A stretch of DNA of 11,047 nucleotides from contig JBFRWD010000095.1 in NCBI GenBank assembly GCA_051439425.1, positions 1-11,047 of the forward strand, in the 5' to 3' direction. Positions 1 to 8,120 of this stretch are shown one piece after another; the stretch's first letter is position 1; every line of letters starts with the position of its first letter. The notes under the pieces were generated by a model, which had not been told where the DNA came from, searched no databases, and was given only the letters and a program-made list of their open reading frames with translations. Position numbers and translations under genes: made by a program. Origin of the DNA: Synechococcus sp. (GTDB lineage Bacteria > Cyanobacteriota > Cyanobacteriia > Thermostichales > PCC-7336).

Positions 1-219
1 ATGATGATGTACGGGTCACATCTGTTCTCCAGCTAGTGGCCGAGAGCCCGGCAAACCTCCTAGTTCTGGGCCTTTGTCGCTAGAATGGCTCTTACTGTAA
101 CAGCCGTTGAATTACCATTAAATTTCGTTCGTTTTGCCATCTGCTGCGGTGGATGTGGGTATTAATGGCACATTCATTTTGTGGCAGGGTATACATACTA
201 CATGCGTCTAGGTCGCCAC

Positions 220-1029
220 ATGTCGTCAATTTGGGAAAGGATTAAGCATCGCCTCAAGAATTACCTTGTTGCTGGTCTGCTAACCGTAATCCCTTTGGCT
301 ACAACCATCTGGTTGATGGTTGAGGTCGCCACTCGCAGCATTCGCTTTCTGACCACGATCCCCAAGCAGATCAACCCCATCCAAGGCATTCATCCGTTCC
401 TTGGCAATTTGATTGAAATATCGGTTGGTTTGGTTGCTCCCATTCTATTTTTGTTGCTGATTGGCTTTATGGCTCGCAACATCGTGGGGCAATGGCTGCT
501 CAACATTAGCGAGCGCTTCCTGCACGCAATCCCGATCGCGGGCTCGATTTACAAAACCCTCAAACAGCTACTGACAACTGTATTCGCCGATCGCGGCAAG
601 CAATTCAGCCGCGTAGTATTGGTTGAATATCCACGCAAAGAAGCTTGGTCAATCGGATTCGTTACCGGTGATTTTCAGGCAGGGCTGGGGCACGACACCA
701 CCCAACCGGAGGCGTGGCTGAGCGTATTCATCCCCACAACGCCAAATCCGACATCCGGCTGGTATGCAATTATGCGAGAAGCCGACACGGTCCCTTTGCA
801 GATGCCGGTTGAGGATGCATTTAAGTTACTGATTTCTGGCGGTATTGTCCGTCCTGACTCGTTCCAGACTGGTATTCAAGCAGCTTCTAACGTTCCTGTA
901 AATTTGCGAGAGCTAGCGGAGCGCGAGCGAGCAACAGAGCGAGCAGTGCTTAACCGTCAAGCAGACAACGAACGGATAGGGCTTCAACTATCTGAGACCG
1001 ACACAGCAAAGCGGTTGGACATTAACTAA
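220..1029 (+). CDS. DUF502 domain membrane protein (COV1-like)
   Basis: Motifs KNYLVAGLLTVIPLATTIW, IPIAGSIYKTLKQL, FSRVVLVEYPR, IGFVTG and VFIPTTPNPTSGW are typical of DUF502, with two hydrophobic segments. ATG at 220 preferred; the ORF extends to GTG at 181. Confidence 0.88.
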   Translation: MSSIWERIKHRLKNYLVAGLLTVIPLATTIWLMVEVATRSIRFLTTIPKQINPIQGIHPFLGNLIEISVGLVAPILFLLLIGFMARNIVGQWLLNISERFLHAIPIAGSIYKTLKQLLTTVFADRGKQFSRVVLVEYPRKEAWSIGFVTGDFQAGLGHDTTQPEAWLSVFIPTTPNPTSGWYAIMREADTVPLQMPVEDAFKLLISGGIVRPDSFQTGIQAASNVPVNLRELAERERATERAVLNRQADNERIGLQLSETDTAKRLDIN

Positions 1030-1125
1030 ATCTACAGTGGTGCGATAGATCAATCTGTTTTAAGGCATAACGCCTGAAGCAACCTCAAAGTTTCGACCTC
1101 TATCGGCCCCGTTGCACCAAGTAGC

Positions 1126-2112
1126 TTATCCGAAGGATGGTGGAGAGGGTTGGTGCCGGGCGCTAAGGGATCTTTCCATCGTCCTTGTAAGCTCTGATTT
1201 GGCCTGCTGACAGTCTTTAGCAAGCTGCACCTTCAATTGATCCAACGACTCAAATTTAATTTCTGGGCGCAAGAATTGGTGTAACTCAACGCTGAAGGAC
1301 CTCCCGTATAGATCTCCCGACCAATCTAAGAGGTGAACTTCGATCGAGGGCCGGTCTCCATCAAAGGTAGGCCGTTTGCCAATATTGAGGACGGCTGGGT
1401 GAGATGGCGTAATAGGAGTCTCTTCCTCTTGTAAATTCTCCCAAAAAGCCCGGCCGCAATACACTCCAAACCGAGGCAGAACCTTGGTCTCTGCGATTTC
1501 CACATTGGCGGTGGGAAACCCTAACAAGCGCCCCCGCCGGTCTCCGGTCACCACCGATCCCGAAAGGCAATAGGGACGACCCTGTAGCGTCGTAGCCAAC
1601 TCAACATCCCCTGCGGCCAGTGCGTCCCGGATGCGAGAGCTACTCACCCGTAGTCCGTCAAACTCTACAGCACTAATAGCATGTACCGGTACCCCCGTTC
1701 GCACCCCCCAATCCTGGAGGGTTTGAGCGTTACCCGATCGCCGGTAGCCAAAGCAAAAATCCCATCCAACACTAACTGCACAGGTTTCAAGGCCGGCTTC
1801 CAGAACAGTGGCAATAAAGTCTGCGGGCGACTGGGAAGCAAAGTCTGGAGTGAAGGGCAGCAGAATGACTTGTTCGATACCGTAAGACTCAAACAGCCGC
1901 AATCGCTCCGGCAAGGGGGTCAGGGTAGGCAGGGATTTGCCGGAGAGAACTTCGCGGGGATGGGGATCGAACGTCAGGATGGTGCTGATACCGCGATCGC
2001 TATTCACAACCGGGGCAATTACTTGCTGGTGACCGCGATGCACGCCGTCAAAATTGCCCAACGCCACAGCCGCCGGACAGCGGACTTCAGCTAAATTGCG
2101 AACCACATGCAC
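1126..2112 (-). CDS. ribF: Bifunctional riboflavin kinase / FAD synthetase
   Basis: ALGNFDGVHRGHQ, TFDPHP, VGWDFCFG, VSSSRIR, GDRRGRLLGFPTAN, NIGKRPTF, IEVHLLD, LYG and FLRPEIKF motifs. Confidence 0.97.
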   Translation of the reverse strand: MHVVRNLAEVRCPAAVALGNFDGVHRGHQQVIAPVVNSDRGISTILTFDPHPREVLSGKSLPTLTPLPERLRLFESYGIEQVILLPFTPDFASQSPADFIATVLEAGLETCAVSVGWDFCFGYRRSGNAQTLQDWGVRTGVPVHAISAVEFDGLRVSSSRIRDALAAGDVELATTLQGRPYCLSGSVVTGDRRGRLLGFPTANVEIAETKVLPRFGVYCGRAFWENLQEEETPITPSHPAVLNIGKRPTFDGDRPSIEVHLLDWSGDLYGRSFSVELHQFLRPEIKFESLDQLKVQLAKDCQQAKSELTRTMERSLSARHQPSPPSFG

Positions 2113-2235
2113 GCAGCAAGTTCCTCAGAAAATTGGAGAGACAGAAAAAGTAATCGGGGCGAGGTAGGAGTAACGCCATTGCTTGCGAATAGAGCGAGAT
2201 CGACTGTAGCTGCAGCAATGGCTGAAAGAAGAGCT

Positions 2236-2757
2236 CTAGATAAACGGCCATATAACAACACCGCAGGCAGCAATCGCAGCGATCGCCCCAAACGTCTTGT
2301 AAAGCCTCATCATGACGGGCTTCACTTGATAGTCAACCACCAATCGATCTTTCGCCAGTTCATCCTCTGGCTTATCCCAAATTTCGCCGTCGTACCAACC
2401 ACTTTCTTCGTACACAATCGATTCTTGAGATAGGCGGCGCTTGACATACGACCATCCGAGAAATTGGCGGGTAGTCGCTAGCAATACAAAGAACATCCCG
2501 AATTCCATCACGGACAGGAGCATGTGGCCCAATTGCTGTTCGGGAGGGAAACAGGACGCTGCTACTGGAGCGGCCAGCAATGCCGCCCAAAACCAAACCC
2601 AACCCAGTCTGCGAGCGTAGATATTCGCATCGAGAGTGGCCCACCGGAAAAAACCCGAATCGCGCAAGGCTTCGTACTCACGGATGGGCTGCTGCTCTTC
2701 CGGAACGGGATGGAGGGATTCGGGCTCTGGGAACAAATCATCGGCCAAATTTGGCAT
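2236..2757 (-). CDS. CGLD27 / Ycf36 (DUF1230) family membrane protein
   Basis: PVPEEQQPIREYEAL, LGWSYVKRRL, YEESGWYDGEIWDKP and DRLVVDYQVKP motifs; three hydrophobic segments. Start uncertain (ATG 2757 or 2793). Confidence 0.9.
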   Translation of the reverse strand: MPNLADDLFPEPESLHPVPEEQQPIREYEALRDSGFFRWATLDANIYARRLGWVWFWAALLAAPVAASCFPPEQQLGHMLLSVMEFGMFFVLLATTRQFLGWSYVKRRLSQESIVYEESGWYDGEIWDKPEDELAKDRLVVDYQVKPVMMRLYKTFGAIAAIAACGVVIWPFI

Positions 2758-3016
2758 TGCAAAATCCTCGTGCACCGCATTTATGGCAAGCATGTAGTAT
2801 TCAGCGAACCGCTAGACATGGGTTTCTAGCCACTGCCATGAGGGAAAGCGTTGACTGTGCGGTCGATCCGAGAGCGGCTCAGCATGTCATCTGCCCTGCA
2901 ACAAGGCACTAAATCCTAACTCGGCCACCCCATTTGGGTAACTATCTCATAGTACAAGTTTTGCGAAACGTTAAGCAGGGCGGCTGAATGTAAACGTGTC
3001 GTACCGCAAGCCACGG

Positions 3017-3907
3017 CTAAGGTGACGGGGTAATCGATCGGAGTTGAGAAATCGATGCAGCATCGGAAATATTGACGCGAGACAGCGATCGATCGATCCG
3101 GCGAACTAGACCGCTGAGAACCTTGCCAGGCCCTACTTCCCAAATTGTGTCAACCCCAGCGGCACTCATTGCAAGCACGGTCTCGCGCCAACGAACGGAG
3201 CCAGTGACTTGATTGCGCAGGTTGGTCTTTAACGTGTCCGGGTCGATAGTGGCAGTGGCGGTCACGTTGCTATAAACCGGAACAGATGCAGGCTGAAAGG
3301 AGACTGAATCCAGAACGGCAGCGAATTGGTCAGCGGCCTCAGCCATGTAGGGGGAATGGAATGCACCGGAAACCGGCAAAAAAACGCTGCGCTTGGGACT
3401 AGCCGCCGCGATCGCGCTCTCAATCGCCGCTTTATCTCCCGACAGCACTACTTGATCGGGACTGTTATCGTTGGCAATCACAACTCCATCCGTTTCGGCA
3501 CAGATAGATTCCAACTTAGGGCGATCGAATCCCATCACAGCGGCCATCGTTCCATCTTTGGCTGTAGCCATCAGTTGCGATCGCTGCTTCACCAACTCCA
3601 GTCCTGCTGTGAAGTCAAACACGCCCGCACAGTAAAGAGCACCGTATTCTCCCAAACTGTGTCCGGCGACGGCTGCCGGTTGGCGATCGGTCTTGAGGGC
3701 GTCTGCAAGCAAAGCACTGACGAGGAACAGAGCAGGCTGGGTATACGTTGTCTGCTTTAATTGGTCGGCGGTTAAATCCGTTAGCGACCATCCCAAGATG
3801 CTTTGCGCTTGTGCGAGCTTTTCAGATGCACCTGATAAATCGCTCAGATCGGCTCCCATTCCTTCCGCTTGCGAACCTTGTCCTGGAAATACCCAAGCAG
3901 TGGCCAT
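3017..3907 (-). CDS. fabD: Malonyl-CoA:ACP transacylase (ACP S-malonyltransferase)
   Basis: WVFPGQGSQ, YTQPALF, catalytic GHSLGEY, VSGAFHS, VRW and EVGPGKVLSGL motifs. ATG 3907 is preceded by a Shine-Dalgarno-like GAGAGGA. Confidence 0.97.
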   Translation of the reverse strand: MATAWVFPGQGSQAEGMGADLSDLSGASEKLAQAQSILGWSLTDLTADQLKQTTYTQPALFLVSALLADALKTDRQPAAVAGHSLGEYGALYCAGVFDFTAGLELVKQRSQLMATAKDGTMAAVMGFDRPKLESICAETDGVVIANDNSPDQVVLSGDKAAIESAIAAASPKRSVFLPVSGAFHSPYMAEAADQFAAVLDSVSFQPASVPVYSNVTATATIDPDTLKTNLRNQVTGSVRWRETVLAMSAAGVDTIWEVGPGKVLSGLVRRIDRSLSRVNISDAASISQLRSITPSP

Positions 3908-3912
3908 TGTTG

Positions 3913-3920
3913 TTCCTCTC
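3913..3920 (-). promoter_or_regulatory. Shine-Dalgarno site of fabD
   Basis: The minus strand reads GACGAGAGGAACAACA-ATG. Confidence 0.7.
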
Positions 3921-4118
3921 GTCTTTGCACCGTCAGCGTTGCGTTGCCTGAAATACACTTGCATCTGAAATCAGGCACGGGTAATCGGCTGTGAATTACA
4001 GCTTTAGTACTGTACAGGCTGGAGGGTAGAAGTTACGAGTACCAGGCTGGCTGCAGACCATTGTTTGCTAGAAGCCATTTCTCTAAGCCAGCCTGAATGA
4101 GATCTTCAACGGCTGACG

Positions 4119-4976
4119 TCAGACAGTTGACGTCGTCTGAGTGGCTGAAATTGGTTGCAGATAGTCGTTCAGAAATGACAGAGGCTGGGACATATGAGGG
4201 GAAAAGCCCAGTATGTTGCGATCGCGATGCTCGAACAGCAACTCTCCATCAGAGCCAAATAAGAACGTCGCGCCCCTCTGGGTGATGTACGTGGCATCGG
4301 GGACGTAGGTAGACCAGTTGCTCAGTACTTCCGCCATGTTGCGTAGACGCAAGGTCGCGAGTTCGAAAGGGCGTTGAAACCCTTTTCCGCCTGCAAATCG
4401 AAAAAACGAACCTTGGATGGGAGGCAACGGCGCAGCCTTGACGGTCTCGCGATCGTCAATCAGTTGCGGAGCCCGCCGATCGCCCACATACCCGCGAAAT
4501 ACTTCTTTGAGAGTGCCTGGACTGCCGATACCGGCACACATCAGCAGCAGATTGAAGTACGCATTGGTAGACGCCGAGGCGGCGGGCAGCTTCACCGATA
4601 ATCCTTCGTACAGGCCCAGTTGGTGGTGGAGTTGGGCGGCGGGATCGACCCATAAATTTGTAGAGGGAAAGCCGGTGAATTCACAAAATTTCTGTCCGGA
4701 GGCGCGATCGCCAATGCCAACGGCTCGCACATCCAGCCCCAAGGAGGCCAGAGTGTCGCTCTCCTTTTTCAACCACCAGGCATATTCGAGACTGTCGAAA
4801 TCCCCTAACTGCGGCCAAATCAATAGCAACAGTGGGTTTCGGTCTACCGATGGGTTAGTCGTTGCCAATGTTTGACCGGCAAGTGCGTCGTCCACAAAAG
4901 ACGGCATAATGCTGGCCTGTTCACCATCACTGACTCTAGTCAGCCGCGCCCGATCTAACACCTCTTGCGTCGTCAT
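4119..4976 (-). CDS. Peroxiredoxin-like family protein (AhpC-TSA_2 / PRXL2-like, cyanobacterial and plastid type)
   Basis: LLLIWPQLGDFDSLEYAWWL, VRAVGIGD, FCEFTGFP, MCAGIGSPGTLKEVFRGY, QRPFELATLRLRNM and TQRGATFLF motifs. Confidence 0.8.
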   Translation of the reverse strand: MTTQEVLDRARLTRVSDGEQASIMPSFVDDALAGQTLATTNPSVDRNPLLLLIWPQLGDFDSLEYAWWLKKESDTLASLGLDVRAVGIGDRASGQKFCEFTGFPSTNLWVDPAAQLHHQLGLYEGLSVKLPAASASTNAYFNLLLMCAGIGSPGTLKEVFRGYVGDRRAPQLIDDRETVKAAPLPPIQGSFFRFAGGKGFQRPFELATLRLRNMAEVLSNWSTYVPDATYITQRGATFLFGSDGELLFEHRDRNILGFSPHMSQPLSFLNDYLQPISATQTTSTV

Positions 4977-5173
4977 GCCCTGTCCCGTTGCTCGCCACAG
5001 TATTCAGCCTAAAGGGAAGTTCGGGCTCTACCAAGGCTGGGCCAGTTTGAATGTTGGCGACATATAGCGCTAGGCAATCCGCTATGGAGAGTTCTCCACC
5101 CATTCACGCTTTTAGATTAAGGCTTTGAGCTGTCTACCGACTCTAGACCTTACAGCGGATTTCCATAAGCCAG

Positions 5174-5206
5174 AGCAAGCCGGATGGATTCATCTCTTGG
5201 CTTGCT
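5174..5206. terminator. Stem-loop downstream of the DUF1400 gene (possible terminator or 3' stabiliser)
   Basis: AGCAAGCC (5174-5181) pairs with GGCTTGCT (5199-5206), with inner GATG/CATC. No strong U-tract. Confidence 0.35.
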
Positions 5207-5257
5207 GCAATGATTTTCGGCTTGATGGCATACACCGGAGCAAGCCAGAGAACGAAA

Positions 5258-5920
5258 CTACCCTTCTTCGGCTAGACGCTCGCAAAACAAATCGGCAGCA
5301 GCAGCCTCCAAAATGTCGTAATCGATGTCAATTAAGTCGAGGGATTCCTGACCCACAACAGCATCCGCAGCTACCGGGACTCCCGCTTGCTCGATGCTGG
5401 CTCGCAAGTCCGTCCATGCGCCCTCCAAAATGTTGCTAGAGCCCCGAATCTCGTTCGTGTCGATATGCAATTTGCTATTAGGGTAGCTTTGAACCAAATC
5501 CAAAATGGTTAAGCGTCCATCCGGGGCTGCGCCGTTAATCAATCCTGCTCTAACCGACTGCACCGCCGTTTCATCGGTAGGGGTCGGTTTAATCACCCGT
5601 GCCATCACATTGAGGACGCACTGCCCGGAATCCGATTGTAAAAAGCCCGCGTATTCGGCAAAGTTGAGCTGAATCACAAAATTCAAACCGTTGCGATACA
5701 GCTCCGCATCCTCTGCATCTAAATAGTCATTGATGTAGATGTCTAGTTGGCGACTCATCTCCCCCGTTTCGGCAAAGGTGACCAAGTCTTCCACTGGCAC
5801 CGTACGGCTACCCCCAGAAGCCAGAAAGACCAGCTCTTCAGCAGCGATCGCCTGTGAAGCGACTCCAGCCGTTGCTGCGATTAGACCCACTGCGCCCGCA
5901 AGCCACCATTGTCCGTTCAC
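5258..5920 (-). CDS. DUF1400 (alpha/beta hydrolase N-terminal-like) domain protein with signal peptide
   Basis: Hydrophobic signal peptide ending in A-I-A-AEE, then RTVPVEDLVTFAETGE, VRAGLINGA, LTILDLVQSYP and LHID, as in DUF1400. GTG start with GGAG 8 nt upstream. Confidence 0.75.
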   Translation of the reverse strand: MNGQWWLAGAVGLIAATAGVASQAIAAEELVFLASGGSRTVPVEDLVTFAETGEMSRQLDIYINDYLDAEDAELYRNGLNFVIQLNFAEYAGFLQSDSGQCVLNVMARVIKPTPTDETAVQSVRAGLINGAAPDGRLTILDLVQSYPNSKLHIDTNEIRGSSNILEGAWTDLRASIEQAGVPVAADAVVGQESLDLIDIDYDILEAAAADLFCERLAEEG

Positions 5921-6218
5921 GGCTACATCTCCGTTTTTCGTATACCGATCGCGTGCGGCAAGTCGTTAGGCAGATTCTCTCGTGTCTTGTTCCATCAGGG
6001 GGAAAATGGAGCCTTTATGTACATCTTGACCTGAGAGCCGTTTGCCGTACGCAACTGAAAGGTACCCCCTTTCCTGGAGAATTGCTCCAGGGATCGATGA
6101 GTGCATAATTTTAGACAAACGGCTAGTCATATGTATCAAGCCAAACCCCTTGTGGCATATTGCCTGGAGCCTTCTTTTTCGTTTGGCTACTACGGCAGTT
6201 GTGATAAAGCTCTTAATG

Positions 6219-6923
6219 TTAGAGAGATGATGTGATAGAGCGACTAACCGCAAAGCATTGGGTAGCAGCTTGACTGAAGGCAGCGATCGCCTCCCCCACC
6301 CCAATCGGCTGCTGGAGAATTTCGTTGAGTCCAATGACCTGTTGGCTGGAACCGGGTAGAACGGCTTCCCACAGAGCGCGATCGGGATCGAGCAAAATGG
6401 TGCCGTGTTGCAGCACCGTCTGTTTGCGCCACAATTGGGCACTGCCCACTAGCTTCTTGCCGTGCCAACACAAATCGGCTGAGGTGGCAGTGCGAAAACA
6501 GCTAGCTTCACCGATATAGCCGCGCCCTCCATCCCCAAAGTCTGCATTTACCCCCAGCAATCGCAAACCATCCTTTAAAAACTGGCAGAGATAGGTGTAG
6601 GCCTGACGGCGATTCATGCCCAAATCGCGGGCCACGATGCAGTAGGTTAAGTCTGAACTGGGGCTGCTGGCCTGATGCAAAACTGCACGTCCTCCCGTGG
6701 GTCGTCGCACCAGATCGAGATGCTGAGTTAAGCGATCTGGGGCAACTGGCAGGGAATCTGGTGTTTGGTGATAGCCCAGCGAAAGGGTTGGCCGAGTCCA
6801 TTGATAAAACCGCAGAGCGGGGGCGGAGATTGCCCGTTCAAAAACATCGGCACACAATTCGCGATCGCGAGCCATCTGTTGCTCTCCAGAAGCAACTGTA
6901 AACGGAAGAATATCGAGCGGCAT
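6219..6923 (-). CDS. Lipoate-protein ligase A family protein (LipM/LplA-like, catalytic domain only)
   Basis: QMARD, LRFYQW..PTLSLGYHQ, VRRPTGGRAVLH, LTYCI, CF, GKKLVGSAQ and VLQHGTI motifs. Confidence 0.92.
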   Translation of the reverse strand: MPLDILPFTVASGEQQMARDRELCADVFERAISAPALRFYQWTRPTLSLGYHQTPDSLPVAPDRLTQHLDLVRRPTGGRAVLHQASSPSSDLTYCIVARDLGMNRRQAYTYLCQFLKDGLRLLGVNADFGDGGRGYIGEASCFRTATSADLCWHGKKLVGSAQLWRKQTVLQHGTILLDPDRALWEAVLPGSSQQVIGLNEILQQPIGVGEAIAAFSQAATQCFAVSRSITSSL

Positions 6924-6976
6924 CGAGTGAGAACGTCTGGGAAATGTCAGTCACTCTCGATACTACTGGGCCGAAG

Positions 6977-7669
6977 CTACGCAGCCGACGACGCCATCAA
7001 AATATCGTAGGACTCTTTTAACCGGAGAAAGTCTTCCATTTCGCCACCATTGTCAGGGTGGTACTGCTTGCATAGAAGGCGGTAGCGAGATCGCAATTCG
7101 TCTAGAGAGGCACTGTCGGACAAACCAAACACTTTTCTGGCTTCCTTCAGCTTGGCAAATCGCGATCGCCAGATAACATGTGGTGCCTGTTCCTGCTGTC
7201 GATCTGCTTCAGCACGCTTGTGGTTAGCATCCAACAGCATGTGCGATAGCAAAACGGGAATATCGTCTGGCTTGTGTTGGGGTTTGATTCGAGTCACGGT
7301 TAGCCAAGCGATTGCCCAATCCGTCTTTGCTTCTAACTGAAAATCAATTTTGTCGAGGGCAATGCGACAGACGCGTTCGAGATTGGTTCGCGAAAATTCA
7401 ACGCCTTTGCGTTCCCGCTCCCAGGTTTCCATCACCTGTTGAGGAGAGACGGTTTGTAACGAGCCAATTTGTTGAAAATACTGATTGAGGGAGGCTGCTT
7501 TGATGATGGCATCATCGTAGCTACACGATCGTTTCAGAATGTCCTTATTTCCAGGCTGCAGGCTGTATTCTGTTTCGAACAGTGCCGAAATAGTGTCCTC
7601 ATCAATGGCCGCGAAGAGAAACTCAATCGTCGTTTCTAGCTGTTGATAATCGCGATCGGACAGATGCAT
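6977..7669 (-). CDS. Protein with C-terminal J-domain (DnaJ type III) and unrecognised N-terminal region
   Basis: C-terminus ARKVFGLSDSASLDELRSRYRLLCKQYHPDNGG...FLRLKESYDIL is a J-domain with intact HPD. ATG 7669 preferred; the ORF extends to TTG 7717. Confidence 0.85.
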   Translation of the reverse strand: MHLSDRDYQQLETTIEFLFAAIDEDTISALFETEYSLQPGNKDILKRSCSYDDAIIKAASLNQYFQQIGSLQTVSPQQVMETWERERKGVEFSRTNLERVCRIALDKIDFQLEAKTDWAIAWLTVTRIKPQHKPDDIPVLLSHMLLDANHKRAEADRQQEQAPHVIWRSRFAKLKEARKVFGLSDSASLDELRSRYRLLCKQYHPDNGGEMEDFLRLKESYDILMASSAA

Positions 7670-8101
7670 AGCCAGTTGAAAGGGGGAACAGCAAGAAGTC
7701 TGCAATAGGTTTCCCAAATCTCGAATCTAGAGTGTCTGCCTCCGGCAGGGGCACTTACGTAAATACTGGGATAGAAGAGTTCGCTTCGTAGGATGCATGT
7801 GCCACTCTTTAGTAATATTACGTAGACGACTTCTTTAATGCTCTTTTCTGCTGTTCATACAGCGATAACAAACAGCTCAGCACGCACAGCGTCCAGCTTT
7901 AATTTCTGCCAAAAGCCAATACTCAGCGCAATCTGCCGTTAGGTCTAGAGTTTAAAGACAGCTCAGAGCCATTATTTTCAAAAATGAATGATGGACGGAG
8001 AGCTTTCCATAGCGGATTACCGATCGCCATAGAACAAGGGGAAAAATGCGATGCCGAGGTCAAGAATGTATCTCTCCATCCCGTAAATGCTGGGAATTTA
8101 G

Positions 8102-8120
8102 TGTTCCTCTCGTCTTTGCA
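8102..8120. repeat. 19-bp perfect direct repeat TGTTCCTCTCGTCTTTGCA (other copy at 3911-3929)
   Basis: Identical 19-mer read directly at 3911-3929 and 8102-8120. Confidence 0.95.

Noticed and set aside
28..72. GCCCGGCAAACC resembling a SAM-I or GEMM riboswitch core
   Set aside because: It lacks the rest of either consensus, and the downstream gene is unrelated.
1681..2433. + strand ORFs of 137 aa and 108 aa, plus similar shadow ORFs at 2524-2912, 3326-3760, 4417-4875, 8633-9083 and others
   Set aside because: They are antisense or out-of-frame overlaps of well-supported genes and have no recognisable motifs.
2990..3004. Possible NtcA site GTA...TAC
   Set aside because: The spacer is 9 nt rather than 8.
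5995..6095. Fragments resembling cobalamin (GGGGAAA...CGCAACTG), glycine (CTCTCAGG) or c-di-GMP (GGCAAAC) riboswitches
   Set aside because: The other required conserved elements are missing or lie on the opposite strand.
5966..6442. 158-aa minus-strand ORF
   Set aside because: It overlaps the lipoate ligase gene out of frame, has atypical composition and shows no motifs.
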